The notes beneath the pieces were generated by a model. It was not told the DNA's origin and ran no database searches. It worked only from the letters and a program-made list of their open reading frames with translations. Below, piece by piece: positions 40,690 to 55,246 of a stretch of 64,000 bases of DNA. This DNA comes from Octopus vulgaris. Its lineage: Eukaryota. Within the stretch, counting starts at the first letter, position 1, and each line of letters begins with the position of its first letter. A program made the translations under genes and the position numbers. The stretch covers positions 35,836,001 to 35,900,000 of the forward strand of contig OX597816.1 in the NCBI GenBank assembly GCA_951406725.2, written 5' to 3'.

Positions 40690-41640
40690 TATCTACCACG
40701 ACAGTTTTATTTACAGCTTGGAAATTTTATCTCTCATCATTTCCTCACCTCAATTGGAAATGTACGTATATATTTTCGACGTAAAACTGCTCAACTTCGA
40801 TTATACCTTTGATCATCTCACATGTGATCTCTCAGATCATCACGATCATCGTCGGATGTGTGTGTGGATATCTTATTAAAACGTTATCATAGACGGAATT
40901 ATTCGGAATGATGTAATGTTATGTGACGAAAAACATGATGAATTTTTAGCACCGAACGCTAAATAAAAATGTTATAAGAAATTCAGTCCCTGGACTGAAT
41001 CTTTAAAAGGAAAATAATTGTACGGTAGACTGGGAAACGTCAGCTATGGTAAATAAATGTTGAAACCATTATCCCACGCTAATGTCTATCCTTATGATCT
41101 TTGTTCATACGTAGACCTTAACATTGAATTTGCTCCCAGAACAATAATCGCTGCACTACATGACAAATGGTTAATGAACCTCGTACTTATCTGTTTGTCT
41201 ATAGCAGAGAAAACGTTGCACATGTGTCTTCCAGATGTTATAATTGAATGTACATTCGGATACTTGTTGATGTCTTGCTCTTCTTGTATGAGCAGAATAG
41301 CTAGTAATTTTGAGCATGAGTACATAATGTCTAGTTGTGCCAGCATTTATACATTGTAATACTCCTTTTCCGACAGATTCACATCTATGAACATGTATGA
41401 TTGCTATGTATCCGGTTATCTTCATCCCGGCAGTTTTGTCATGTTTTTCTTTATTTGAATGTTGGAAAGAACTAAAATCTGTTCTAGTGGAATCATTGAA
41501 TAGGCAAATCGTGTGTACAGTGCTTGGCTAATTAGACTGAAATCCAAACTGAAATCCTTTGATGTAACCCGAGTAATGGGAGTAACCAGATCTTTTTCCG
41601 GAAGAGGTTACCGATGACGTTTCCGAAAATATGGTGTTCT
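40690..41640 (-). mobile_element. very old LINE RT remnant (CR1-like)
   Basis: Weak, correctly ordered echoes of RT motifs (DINKYPNVHSI, TLAW, DVSQSTV). Confidence 0.28.
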
Positions 41641-43221
41641 GAAACTCTATATTCCCACAGATATTGTATGTGCCTCGGTAGATCTGAGAACTAATCTGCT
41701 CTAAACCCTTCTTTTCTTCTTTGAATAATAATAATAATAATAATAATTTTATAATTTAATCTGTTGCAGTGAGCTATGGCAGAACGTGACCAATAGGGTG
41801 TTTCTAACATTTTAGTTTATATCGTGTTGCATATAACCAACAGCTTAAAAATATTTCGTACTTTGTAACATGAAACTATACGGTTGGATCATTTGAGAAA
41901 AAGTCCTGTAATTCCGTTCCAACTGTACTAATAAGCGGCGCTTTTAATTCCTTGTCGGAAATAATGAACTTGAAATGACTGCTGTTCTTTCAGATGCCAT
42001 CACAAGCAATTCTTCGAGGGTGAACACTTTCATAAGTAGTTATTTTAGTAAACACATGTTATGCCGTGTTATTAACGAGTTGTCGTGATAGCCATTTTAA
42101 CTGAAACTTGGCGATCAATATGGCATTAAATATATATATATATTAGCGATGATGTAAATGAAATTAAAATCTTTATGTTCTTCCTACTGACCATAAAATT
42201 CGCCAAATAGTAAATGCTCGAACAGATTAGTGTATTCTTTTTACTGAGAAAATAGTAAAATATACGAGCAACAAGGAAAATATTAATAAAACGGAATTGG
42301 AACTGCCACCATTAAATGGATAAGCAGCGAGTGCTTATGGGCAAAAAGAAATGCGCGAAGAACAAAGAACATGAAACACAACTATAGACGCTTTACACCT
42401 GGAAAGCTTATATTTTCTATCCAAGGAAAGAAAAGAGATACGGATCAGTTAATGAGGAAATTGTTTCTCTATACTTGTAAACTGTGACAGAAAATTTGAT
42501 TTCTGACAATTAGATGAGTAGAATATCAGCCCTATGTTCTGCAGCTGTCCAACAATATTTGCAACATACTTCTCATTAGATATGACGTTATATCAAAAGT
42601 TATCTGCAATGCTTTCTATAGAAATTATTGCTCAGCTTCCTATTCTCAAGAAAAGTAATAACACCTTTTAAACTAAAGAATACCATGTGTCATTCATGTA
42701 GAGATAATATCTATCCAAATAAGCCAGATGAGATTCTACTAAACAGGAATTAAAATTTGTACACTACTCGAGATATCATCTGCTTGGCGGATGTAAATGT
42801 TCCTATCAAAGGGGACCATCTATGGAAAGCTAACGAGAAACTAACAACTGTAATATACCGATGATATATTTATATTTTTATCATCACAGGTAGTAGATTA
42901 TACAACAAAAGTTTCTTTTAAAAGACGAAAAATATATATATAATTATTGATATAATGAAAATGTTTCAACATTTCTAGTTATTTCCCATGACGGCGATAC
43001 TACGGGAATTGAACAAATGCACACGAATCATATATGCATAATACTCATGACATACTGAGAAAATTACACAAGTAGACATGTTCAGTATTAAAGAAAATAC
43101 TTGCGACAAGCATAGTACGTAACTGCATGCTTATCAACACATGTGCCTAGTATATGAATACACTGATATACATATTCTCCAAACAAAAAAAGCGTCCATA
43201 AATTAAGAAATTGGAACTTAC

Positions 43222-43247
43222 CATTTTGTTAGTGATTGTCTTGAATT
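43222..43247 (-). CDS. candidate 26-nt host microexon
   Basis: tgttttccttttttcctttgtag|AATTCAAGACAATCACTAACAAAATG|gtaagt; consensus acceptor and donor; in frame with 45706-45735. Confidence 0.62.
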
Positions 43248-44710
43248 CTACAAAGGAAAAAAGGAAAACATAAATAACAAATGCGTTCATAGTTATATGC
43301 TAACATACATACAAGCATTCATACAGACACACACATACATATATATACGCAGATACATATATATGCAGGCAACTATTTGTAGCTATTTACCGCTCATCAT
43401 TAGGTGTTACTTGTGCATTTGTATATACAACCATTAAACTGGAAGTCAACTGAATATTGATAATATCTATGGAGCTCTAACTAATATGTATGCATGTATG
43501 TCAGTATGTCAGTATGTATGTATGTATGTATATATGCATGTATGTATGTATGTATGTATGTATGTATGTATGTATGTATGTATGTATGTATGTATGTATG
43601 CATGAATACATGTATGCATGCATGTGTAATTTTCAGAATTTCTCTAAGATCCTAGTTCGAAGATATATCTTCCACGAAAGTAAATCAATTAACGTTCATT
43701 TAGACTACTGTTTCCTTTCTCCCCTATCTCTTCACCTTTCTCTTTTGCTCTTCCTACCTCCATATATAAATGTGTATAAACATATCGTGTGTGTGTTTAC
43801 AAATACGTGTATTCGTGTACACGCATATAAGTATATACATATCCTTCCATCTTTATTTTCCAAGGATTTTTCAAAATGTTGAGTATTTCTTCTTGCCTCT
43901 GTCACTCTCTATCTCTCTTTCTCTCCCTCTTTCTCCTCTCCCTTTTTATCTCCCAAACTACTGTTAATATAAATATCTGTGTGTACATATAGGTATATAT
44001 TTATATGTCTTTCTAATTCTCTAGCAGGAAATTCCTCACATGTCTATATACCATATAATTTTTTGTTTTCTTATTAGAAAACGTAACATGTGTAATGAAA
44101 AAATGCCAAAAATATCCCAAAATTTCCATTTTCCCATTTTGTTTCTTCAATAACTCTGCAAATAATATTTCCACAATCTTCAATTCAAATGTGTATTTTC
44201 ATTTACGTTCAAGAGTAATAATGGAACCATGTTCATTGTAACAATATAATAAACAGATGTGCTTGAAGAGGAAACAGCTGGTATTTACTAAAAAACAATA
44301 TATAATACTTATATATGCTTGAGTGTGGATGGGCGTGCCTGTGTATATGCGTGAGTGAGTGATCTGTATGTATGTGTGTGTGTTTGTGTGTGTGCGTGTG
44401 TGAGTGTGTAACTATTCTATATAAGTTATTTGACGCAGATATAATATGGAAAACTTACAGATTGCATAATTCATATAGATGTTTAGTGGTAAACTACACA
44501 AAAATTTATCAGTAGCACATGAAAAGATACTGGCAGTAGTGGTGGTATGGGTGATTTCAAAGGCATGTAAAGAATGGTAATTTCAAATTCTTGAACTTCC
44601 ATCTCTCTTACCTCATGTCTGTGTGTGCATGAGAATATATGCGTGTATTTATTTATACGTATATATGTAATTACACACACACACACAAACATATATATAT
44701 ATGTATGTAT

Positions 44711-44786
<76 letters not shown>

Positions 44787-45094
44787 ATGTGTGTGTGTGT
44801 GTGTAAAAAGGAAAGAATAAATACATTGAAAAAGAAACACAAAGATTTACATTGCATATAGGTATGTAAGGAATTTCCTGTTAGATAAACAATAAACAGT
44901 CGAACGGATAACTATATACCTATGTACCTATGTATACACATATTTACACACACCTTAGCTATATGTATATATATGTATACATATTATATTAAATTAGAGA
45001 TACAACCACTAGTAGGTAAATCATACAATGAAAAACTTAAGCCAATACATAAGATTAATTAATTTATATTATTTTAAAAAAAGATAATTAGTAT

Positions 45095-45162
45095 AACACT
45101 ACGTTTGTTTCATGGCTGTCCAATTCGTAAAAATTCGAGCTACAGTCATTCTTCAGGTGATT
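45095..45162 (-). ncRNA. minimal type I hammerhead ribozyme, intact core
   Basis: Minus strand: cac CTGAAGA atgactgt...acagccat GAAAC aaac GTA gtg. The downstream tail (44985-45090) is homologous to 63031-63122. Confidence 0.75.
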
Positions 45163-45189
45163 GAAATATTTAACTTAGCGAGGTTTAAT

Positions 45190-45256
<67 letters not shown>

Positions 45257-45434
45257 CTTCTGGCATGTATTTAAACATCAAATCGGACATTGTCTGGAGA
45301 ACATTTGAAAGGTGATTATTTAGCCTGGTTAATTGTGCCTATTATTTTAAGTCACTGCTTTTTTCCTTTACTGCTTCCATACCTTTTACAAACACACACG
45401 CACACACATGTACAAGTATATATGCATTTACATG

Positions 45435-45592
<158 letters not shown>

Positions 45593-45705
45593 TTGATTAG
45601 TAGTGATCTTGGTTTGGATGAACTAAAATTCAGACTTACACAGACACAGACACATACACATACACACATATGCAATCTCACAGACACGCACATATATAAG
45701 CATAC

Positions 45706-45735
45706 CTATTTTATTGAACCCCATGTCTACAGGTG
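45706..45735 (-). CDS. candidate 30-nt host microexon
   Basis: TACTAAC branch point, then ctgttctttatcattgattctttcag|CACCTGTAGACATGGGGTTCAATAAAATAG|gtatgc. Confidence 0.65.
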
Positions 45736-46191
45736 CTGAAAGAATCAATGATAAAGAACAGGTTAGTAATTCGCTAAAAGTCCAAGTGTAGTTACTCAAT
45801 TCGATTGACTTTTAAAATAATGTATTTTAACAAGTTTCGGCAAAGGTGGCAATACGTAAGCATTAGCTACAGGAACTCAGCTAATGCAACTGTAAACTTA
45901 AATTTCATGTAAACTTTGACACAAAGCAGATCAAGTAATCAGCTGTATCTAGTTTAGCCTATGCACATACTTCTATAAAAATCTATAAGTGCTCACATGT
46001 TTCATAATAATAATTGCTATTATCTAGGTGTCTTAAAGTTCAAGATTTTATTGAAAGTTACTGCTGAACAAAAGCACTAATTAACATTCATTCGTGAGGC
46101 TATTACTTTTCTTCATTTGTATTCTAAAGACATTTAAGCAATCGTTTCCTGGTCATAAAATGTGTCTTTATGTAATAGACTACCCACTGCA

Positions 46192-46465
46192 AAAGCGCGC
46201 GGCTTAGTGGCTAGGGTAATCAGCTTAAATCTTAAGGTGGTGCGTTCAATTGCCGGTATTGTATCCTTGAGAAAGACACTTTATTTCACGTCGTTCCAGT
46301 CCACTCAGCTGGTACAAATGAGTAGTAGCTGTAATTCAAAGGTTCAGGCTTGTTACACTCTGTGTCATGGCCAATCTTCATGAGAACTACATTAATGGTA
46401 GTTACGTCTGTGGAATGCTCAGTCACCTAATGGTAATTTCACGAGCAGACTGGTAACCGATTAAA
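46192..46465 (+). mobile_element. SINE family C-related, decayed
   Basis: gcgcgcggcttagtggctaggg...gagaactacattaatgg...ctgtggaatgctcagtcac. Confidence 0.7.
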
Positions 46466-47838
46466 GCTCCATACCACCCAATTGCAGACATAAAAACGCC
46501 GATTATAACACTGAATTCATTCATACAATAAATGAACTCACATACACATTCACACGCATATATACATACATTCTACACACACACACACACTCACATAAAT
46601 ATACATTTGTATTTCCATATAAATCTGTTAAGAATTCGATTCAGTTTTGTATCAATTCAAATACTTTTGGCGCGTAGGATAAGTGCATGAAATGAACTAT
46701 TATAAAGTACAGACTTTCAAATTCAAGATAGCTTCTAGATATTAACCCTCTAGTATTATTAAGCTGAGGTAGCCTGGTATTAATGCTCAGAAAGTATCAA
46801 ATAATATTTTCTTTCTTTAGCAGTAAGTGCTCGCACTAAACGCTGGTAAGATTCGGGCACTAGGTTGTGGCCATCAATTTCTAAATCGAAAGCATTGATT
46901 CAAGTACTTAAAATACCAATGCACTGTTCACAACAGAGTAAATGACTCCAATAGGTATGACATTGCTATTTTTGCTTAAAAATTTGTAGTAGATCTAATG
47001 TAGTAGCTATTGGAGTTATATACTTTGTTGTGAATGATGCATTGGTATACGACGTTGAATCTTCTGTAATGGGCTTGCTGAAGGCAGTCTATCCCAGATT
47101 TGCAGTTGCAGCTATCAGTTCCGCGATATTATGCACATTTAAACTGGTTTAAATATAAGGAGTTTAGCAATTCCGCATCACTATCCAGCCACGTACACCA
47201 CCTACTTAATAGAAAAAATATAATATAGGCTTTCCTGGGCTATAACAGATTCATGCATCCCATATCAGTGCAAGCACTCTACTTGTGGACTTTGCTTAAA
47301 CGAAGCCCTCAAAATGTTAACCCATAACTCACCACAATTACTTAACAAACACAACGAAGCCTTCACAACGTGTAAACAAACTCTTCTGCATTTTATAATT
47401 CTTTCATAAATCGAAATGTAAATTCACCCCCACGAATAACACTCACATACAAACCTCTATGATCGTTAACACATAGACGTTGCAGTTGAACATGTCACGC
47501 CTTACTACCTTTACAGTGCTTACTGAGCATTGAACAGCAGACATGACGTTGGCATCTTGATACCCTGCCTCAAAACATCATGATACATGTAACACATTTT
47601 CAAAATTCAGATGGCTTCCAATCGTCTATGTCAGCATACGTTTCTCAGCTACAACCGCAAGGCTTATACTTTCCAGCATCGTTAACTGCTCACCATTACG
47701 TAAAATATCGGAAATACAATATCGATAAATTTCTTCCGAACACTCAGTATATAGAATTTTTAATCTCTTTCTCTCTCTCTCTCCCTCTCTCTTTATATAG
47801 TTATACATACATACATACATACATACACACACACACAT

Positions 47839-47897
<59 letters not shown>

Positions 47898-47974
47898 TAT
47901 ATATATACATATACATATATGTATACACAAATATATATACATATATATATATATATACATAGATATATATATAT

Positions 47975-48089
<115 letters not shown>

Positions 48090-48100
48090 ATATAATTTCA

Positions 48101-48935
48101 CAATGCTGAGTGGACTATAATAACTATTATAATCTCATTATCCATAGTCTGATATAATAATATTTCTAAATATAAAAATTCGTTTCAACAGATATCGCCA
48201 GGAATTGATCAAGACGACAGCTAGCAAAGAGACAAGCAAGTGACAGCAATCAATACACAATAGCTAACTGCTCCATCCGTGACACAGATTTATGCCAACG
48301 GGTAAATGTTCTGTATAGAACACAATGTACCAAATGCAACAAGTTCTATGTGGGTAACGAGTCAAAGAACTTCTGAACACGAGAGCCTCCTTCCTCAGAA
48401 AACATCTAGACAGATGCCAGAACACCGACAAAAGCATAACAGTCACAACTGAGGCCAGTGAAAGAAATTTGGGCATTCTAAGAATTAAGGAAGCTATACT
48501 CATCGACAGACTAGGGCCTCGATTTAACAAAAGGCTGGAGGTTGGCAATCAATATATCATTTAGCTATATCTGGATGCATGTAGGTTCATTTTTGATAAC
48601 ATGCTCATGTATTATATATAAGAAAAAGAAACTGCACGTATAATACATAACTTAATAGCAGCGCTGCGGATGTGCCAACACACATAAGTGTGAGGCATGG
48701 CTGCCTTCACAAACTTCTCATGAGGAATTCTGGAAGGAATTTCGTGAGACTACTGCACAGACGCTTCCGAAAAAAAAAACATAAAAAATAATCGTTGGAA
48801 AACGGCTTATAGCAGTGACTCGATCAATTCCTAGCTATATCTGAAGAAGGAATTTTTTATATTCCGAAATATTATATCAGACTATTGTGGATAATTAAAT
48901 TATAACAGTTATTATAGTCCACTCTGCATTGTTGT
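48101..48935 (+). mobile_element. PLE 3' fragment: GIY-YIG endonuclease, pseudo-LTR and inverted terminal copy
   Basis: VNVLYRTQCTKCNKFYVG, RVKELL..LRKHLDRC..LRIKEAILIDRLGPRFNKR; 48101-48166 is the reverse complement of 48866-48931. Confidence 0.87.
48832..48885 (+). ncRNA. hammerhead motif in the PLE terminus
   Basis: CTGAAGA a ggaat-tttttat-attcc GAAA tattata TC agactat; stem I imperfect. Confidence 0.58.
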
Positions 48936-48999
48936 GCCATTCAATACACGTTATATTTTACAAACAATACACAATGATTCAAGTGAACTACAGTACTCT

Positions 49000-49040
<41 letters not shown>

Positions 49041-49109
49041 GTAAGATCCAGGGATCCAAATGTAAGGAGTTTGTAAGATTCATGTATATATATATATATA
49101 TACATATAC

Positions 49110-49247
49110 CGGAGTAAACACATAAATTTAAAACAAGGTGTATAAAAGAGTACTCAAATACCAGGGGTAGAGTAATATGCTTTATTTAAAAGCAGCAGAA
49201 ATACAACACGTTTTGTTGAATTTCTGCTGCTTTTAAATAAAGTATAT
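49110..49247. repeat. short fold-back insert in (TA)n (about 28-bp arms)
   Basis: ctttatttaaaagcagcagaaat / atttctgctgcttttaaataaag. Confidence 0.78.
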
Positions 49248-49293
49248 ATATGTATATATATATATATATATATGTACGTATGTATGTATGTAA

Positions 49294-49348
<55 letters not shown>

Positions 49349-51436
49349 ATGGTGACTGACAATTGCAGGCATAAAAACGCCGATCATTAAAACGTTGAAT
49401 TCATTCAAGCAATGAATGAAATCACATTCACACTCACACGCATGCATGTATATTCACCAATAGCTGAATGACTTCCATTTTACATGTGGCAGCCATGTTC
49501 TACAAAACAATACTTAAAGGTATATATGTTTACAATTTTATATATTTAGTGAAAGTCCTCCTCTAATTTCCCTTCAACTTTATCAATCAAATAATTATCA
49601 AGTTATATTTCTCAGTTTGATACCATATCAGGGATACTGGAAATTAGAAATATTGGTACATTTTGACTAACACTAGTATCAGTAACAAGAGTTCAATAAA
49701 ATATGCATACTAAAACTCATTAAAAGTGAAATTTCTGCATTCAGTTGTATGGTTTTCCATTATGCTAAATCGAAATCCCACCTGTGACTAAGTAAATTAT
49801 ATAAGCATTGATTTAATACTACATACATTTTTATATCATGTTTGTGAAATTGCGCACTTTCAATAAATATTGTTGTAGCACTCTGTTCTATAACGGTGAG
49901 ACTTTCTTCCAATATAGAATTTAATATACTTTATGTATTTATTCCGATGGAAAGAAAAAGAAACATATTCTGCGGCTATCCAAATTATCCTGATGGTAAG
50001 GAACCTCATTAAATGTTTATTTTCTGTAGCCACTGCTGTGTTGAGTGGCAAAACATTCAGATCTATTTTACTTGTCTGATATGTGTTTTAATATAATGTT
50101 ATTTTGTTTATCCGCTACTGAGAAGTAGCAAACATTTTGCACAGCCAGATACTTCATATATTATGGATACGTAGTGTTCGTAATTTAAAAATTAGGTTAA
50201 CATTCCAATTCGCCAAGTAAACAAATATAAACGGCAGATTGGCAGAGGTTTTGGAATGGGACGTTCCAATTCTTAATGATCTGGTTTCAAATCACGCTGG
50301 CATCAGTTGAATGTATTTTTTTATCAGTGTCGTAAACATTGGAGTAAACATTGGAGTCAAATCCCTTTGTCGCAGGAAAATATCGATCGAATTCAGCCCC
50401 GAATGAGCGAGATACACCGTATATCCCTTCAACGTTCCTGCGATTCAATCAAGAACTGAACATTCAATGAAATAAAGATGGACCATACTGATATGCCAAA
50501 TGTATTATTTATTACCTCTCTGTGTAGCCGATGTCACACGTCGCTACATCACAGTCTAATAACAAAATAGGTGTTTAGTTGGGAAACTATTTTTTGCTTT
50601 CACAGGAATTCATTTTAATAAAAATTTTAAAAGTCATCTGAAATGATGCAATTATGCATTGATGATATATACGGTCGACCATGATGGTATCCATGGGTAA
50701 GGCTCCGGATATTGGGAGCTGTTTTACCGTTGCGTCATGCATTCAGAGACCGGGTTAGCATGTTCGTCCATCGGAAGTTATCGGGTGCAATCGCCGATCA
50801 CCGTTCACCAATCACCGATGGTGGATAGACCTGAAAAGACGTTACTGTTTAGTAAAGGAATAGCATAAGAAGGTGACCTAGTTAGGAAGCTAAAAGAGGA
50901 AACGAATATGTATATCACTACTGTCGTCTACTACCGCCTGACCATTGTACTTTACTCTGCCTCGTGCCTGATAAAGCTGCAGCGCTTGCACTTCCGTTTT
51001 CTGTTCTGTCCGTCACTTGACGGTGGGCACACGTGGTCGCTGTTAGTTAGACAGGATTTTCCGTATTTCGTCTCATTGACAGAGCTGCATTCTTGATCAA
51101 ACTTGGTCCATGGTGCATCGGCAAGCACTTGCAGCCCTCCACCACTCGGCCAATGCGGTCGGTGAGAGCTCCACATTGGAGTTCGCTAGGGCATTAATGG
51201 CTGAAGAGAGCGACTACGTCCTCGGGAATCACAGGGCCTCCGGAAAAAACAATCATCTGGTCTTTTCAGGAGGACTTTCGGGTCATAACAGGGCTTACTA
51301 GGATGGGGGTGGTGGTGTTGCGATAAAAGATAAGCTCTACAGGTATAGAAGGGCAGTTAGACGGATCTGATCCAGAAACCGTTCTCTATGCATTCGTCCG
51401 CCCATTCTGAAGTTTTGCTTATATCCGACAGGTTTC

Positions 51437-51793
51437 ATTCAGGTTGGTCGTCTGAGGCTACAGTAGAAAACATTTGCCGAAGGTACCACACAGTGGGACT
51501 GAACACGGAAAACTGTCTCAAAGTAAACTTTTACGACACAGCAAAACCTACACCTATTAAATAATTGGTAAATTATTCGAATAATATTAATTTCAAATTT
51601 TGGCACGGTGCCAGCAATTTCGGTTAAGGTGTTTAATCGATTACATCGATCCAATTGCTGAACTGGTATTTATTTTATCAACCCGGAAAGGAAGAAAGGC
51701 AAAGAGGATCGCGCCCAAATTTGAATCTAGAACAGGTGATATGACTTAACGCATTTCTCCGAAATGCTTACGATTCTGTCAGCTCGCCACCTT
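51437..51793 (-). mobile_element. adjacent SINE A head (51437-51556) and SINE B (51580-51793)
   Basis: cagtgggactgaac (family A B box); gattctgtcagctcgccacctt (family B head). Confidence 0.75.
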
Positions 51794-52126
51794 AATAATT
51801 TGAATAATATTAATAAAAGGAAAACGAAATAGAACCAGCGCGTCAGCTGTAATGGCAGTGTTCTCTCAAAAACAATTTCGGGTCTCGTAATTGAATATAT
51901 TAATAGTTGGTATTCTCGGAACAAAATTAAGGCTTTTGAAGACGAACTGCTGGAAATACTTGTGCAATGCTTCCAGAATTAAAATTTCGTTCTACTAAAG
52001 AAATAAACACCAAGAAGCATATATACATGCGTACATACATGTATGCATGCATACATACATAAACACATATAAACATAAATATATGTATGTATATATATAT
52101 ATATGTATGTGTCTGTATATATAAAC

Positions 52127-52181
<55 letters not shown>

Positions 52182-52210
52182 AGAGAGAGAGAGAGAGATA
52201 CATATATACA

Positions 52211-52253
<43 letters not shown>

Positions 52254-52957
52254 TGAGTGAGAAAGTGACAGAGAGTGAGGCAATGAAAGAGAACGAGAAC
52301 GTCATTGCCGACTTATAGGCTATGTGGTAAAGATTAAGTTTAGCTCACCAACAACCAGTTTCAGCGAAACATTGATTACAATCCTTGCTCTTAATATCTT
52401 ATATATTTGAGTACATTTTTTTGATATAAGAACTATTTCTACTTAAACCGCCCTCCAAGACTCTGGAATTGTCTATAAATATAGAAATATTTGTATTGAT
52501 CAACATAAAAACGCGGAAACTTCAGTATACACTTGCAGAAATTACTGTCTCCTCTACTACATGTGCATATGCAAACGATGAAAAAGTGAAGATGCTGTTT
52601 ACCATCTGAAAATTATTTATGTATATATGTATATACACACACACACATATATATATATACATACATATATGTGTGTGTATGTATATAAATACATATACAA
52701 TGATAGATATAGATACACACACATATATATATACGCATATATACACTCATTTATATATATATATATACGCGTACATATATAGGAATATATGTATATATAT
52801 ATATATATATGAATACATATACATACATGTATATCTGACATATGTATACATACATGCATCCATGCATGCATACATCCTCATGTGTGTAAAAGAAAATACT
52901 TATACGAGGAAGTATAGCGACGATCCTATATTGTCTTATATACGACAATACATAAAT

Positions 52958-53215
52958 GGAGGCGCAATGGCCCAGTGGTTAGGGCATCGGACTCGTGGTC
53001 ATAGGATCGCGGTTTCGATTCCCAGACCGGGCGTTGTGAGTGTTTATTGAGCGAAAACACCTAAAAGCTCCACGCTGAATATCAACGAGAACTACGTTAA
53101 GGGTACACGTGTCTGTGGAGTGCTCAGCCACTTACACGTTAATTTCACGAGCAGGTTGTTCCGTTGATTCGGATCAACCGGAACCCTCATCGTCGTAACC
53201 GACGGAGTGCTTCCA
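52958..53215 (+). mobile_element. SINE family C with a 126-bp internal deletion
   Basis: Near-identical to the reverse complement of 31416-31804 but joined at cacg (53071-53074). Confidence 0.92.
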
Positions 53216-53607
53216 ATACATACATACTTTAAATGCTTATAAAAACATGACACAGAAAAATAACTTCTACTCGCGCAGACATAAATACCGTAGTGTACAT
53301 TTAGAATAAATATACCAATGAGGTTTTAAAATCTGCATTTAAAAATAGTAACTGTAGTTAAAATTTGCATATGAGAAGAGTAATAGTAAAGAAAATCTGC
53401 TTGTGAAAATGGTATATGTAAATAAAATCCCTCCTCTCTTTTTTAGTTGTATGTTGAAAGGAATTAAGTAAACTTAGGTTTCTCTGGCGCAGTCTGTTGT
53501 TTTCCGAAGGTTATTGGTGTGTGTTGCTGGTGCTTATAGTACCTTGAGGATGGTGCATTTCCCATGGCTCTTGCAGCGCGCACCAATGCTACACGAGATC
53601 AGTGAAA

Positions 53608-53691
53608 TCGAATACTCTAACGTTTCGTTTTTAGTTTAAACTGCTTCATATCAACAGCTGCACGGAACACTTCATCAGGCAGAAAATTCGA
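53608..53691 (-). ncRNA. hammerhead-like motif, stem I disrupted
   Basis: Minus strand: CTGATGA agtgtt...aaaac GAAAC gttaga GTA ttcga. Confidence 0.33.
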
Positions 53692-54876
53692 GACGGCTGC
53701 TGCTTGGACAGAAATATTTTGACCTACTGCTTAGTAGGTCCGATCCGAATCAAACGATCCTGGCGAAAATCCTCGAGACAAAGTTAAATAATATGGTTCA
53801 AGGGTTGACGTAGGAGACCAACCATCTCCGAGAAAAGCTAACCTATATAGTGGTGAGAGAAAAAACAAAAAGGATTTAAACCTGCTTGTAACCTAGAAGT
53901 TGAATCATATCCAATAACGATAAGATTCCAGTGAGCTGAGTAGCACTTCTCTTTATGTGCTCAACGATATCTCAATTCGAAGTAGCTGATAATGTCACTC
54001 GAGCCGTATAGAATGATTGTAGTTGTTGGAGGCTGAAATAATTTCTGGCTCCGATGGGAAGTACTAGTTTATGTACTGTCATATTCGCTATGCAGAGTAA
54101 GTATTTTGCCAAGGCAGACTCGGTGAGGATATAACATAGCATTTGGCCAGACAATGTGAGTTCGACTGAGTGTCTCGAATGTTTAGTGGGGTTGGTGTTC
54201 GATGGGGATTTTACATATGAATGTAGTTTGATACTTTTTGTTGTTAAAAGACAGGGCTGATATGCGTCGCCTATATAATGTTCTCAGTGCCTAAGTTTAG
54301 ATAACACTAACGTGGGTTGATATCTGGCGGCGAGGAACATTCTACAGGAATAAATAATTTTTCAATTGCATAATAGCGGACGCTACTGGATGTAATGGCA
54401 ATAGCTTATTAATATATATAGAAGCAAGAGAATGGTAGACAAAATCGAGTGTGAACACAACACAGTTCACCGAGAGTGGGACAAGAATATCTACATTAAT
54501 ACAGCTCTTAATGTTACGATTTCATTGGACGGTATCAATCTAAGATATAGGAGATGAGTGTAGCTCGTTGGAGTGAAGTTTGGATATTTTGCATCGGAAT
54601 CACGGTGGGATTCTTTACAGATGTCTTGGTAAAAAATGTGCTTTTCATTAAATAACTGAAAAGCAATAAAACACACGTGAGTGACAAACAAAGGTAGAGT
54701 ACCAGTGGAAGCTGTACTGCTACTCATTCAGGAGAAAGTGGAGGGAAGTGAGAGAGAGAGAGATCACTGTTAATTGCTGTCTCTAATACTTATATTTCTT
54801 AACGATTAACGCATAGATTGGGTGGGTCAGAGATTTTGCTTGCCTTTGGCATGCGACACACCAAGATATGCATAAA

Positions 54877-54947
<71 letters not shown>

Positions 54948-55021
54948 ATGTATGTATATGTATATATATATACATATATATATGTATGTGTCTGTGTATG
55001 CTTGTATATGTATGTATATAT

Positions 55022-55168
55022 GCAGAGCCGAGCGTACGGGCTTGAAGAAGTTCTCGGTATCGAGTGCGGGTAAACAGTTGGGTTTCAGAGGACCACAGCT
55101 TTTCACATCCTCCCTAAATGCCTGAGAGACTTACATGGTGTGGATGTGGGTTTCTTTAAAACTAAACT

Positions 55169-55172
<4 letters not shown>
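55022..55172 (+). mobile_element. CR1-type LINE C-terminal fragment
   Basis: LGFRGPQLF..LPKCLRDLHGVDVGFFKTKLD; matches the family at 23640-23730. Confidence 0.8.
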
Positions 55173-55216
<44 letters not shown>

Positions 55217-55246
55217 ATATTTAAGATTTAAGGATATATATATATA

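Noticed and set aside
47030-47600. Possible RTE 3' remnant on the minus strand
   Set aside because: Only vague motif similarity.
50900-51420. GC-richer segment with a KRKCKRC motif, possibly a piggyBac cysteine-rich tail
   Set aside because: Incomplete motif and no transposase core or TTAA/TIR seen; left unclassified.
53950-54700. Possible very old PLE RT on the minus strand
   Set aside because: Motif echoes too weak to call by eye; a tBLASTn or HMM search is needed.
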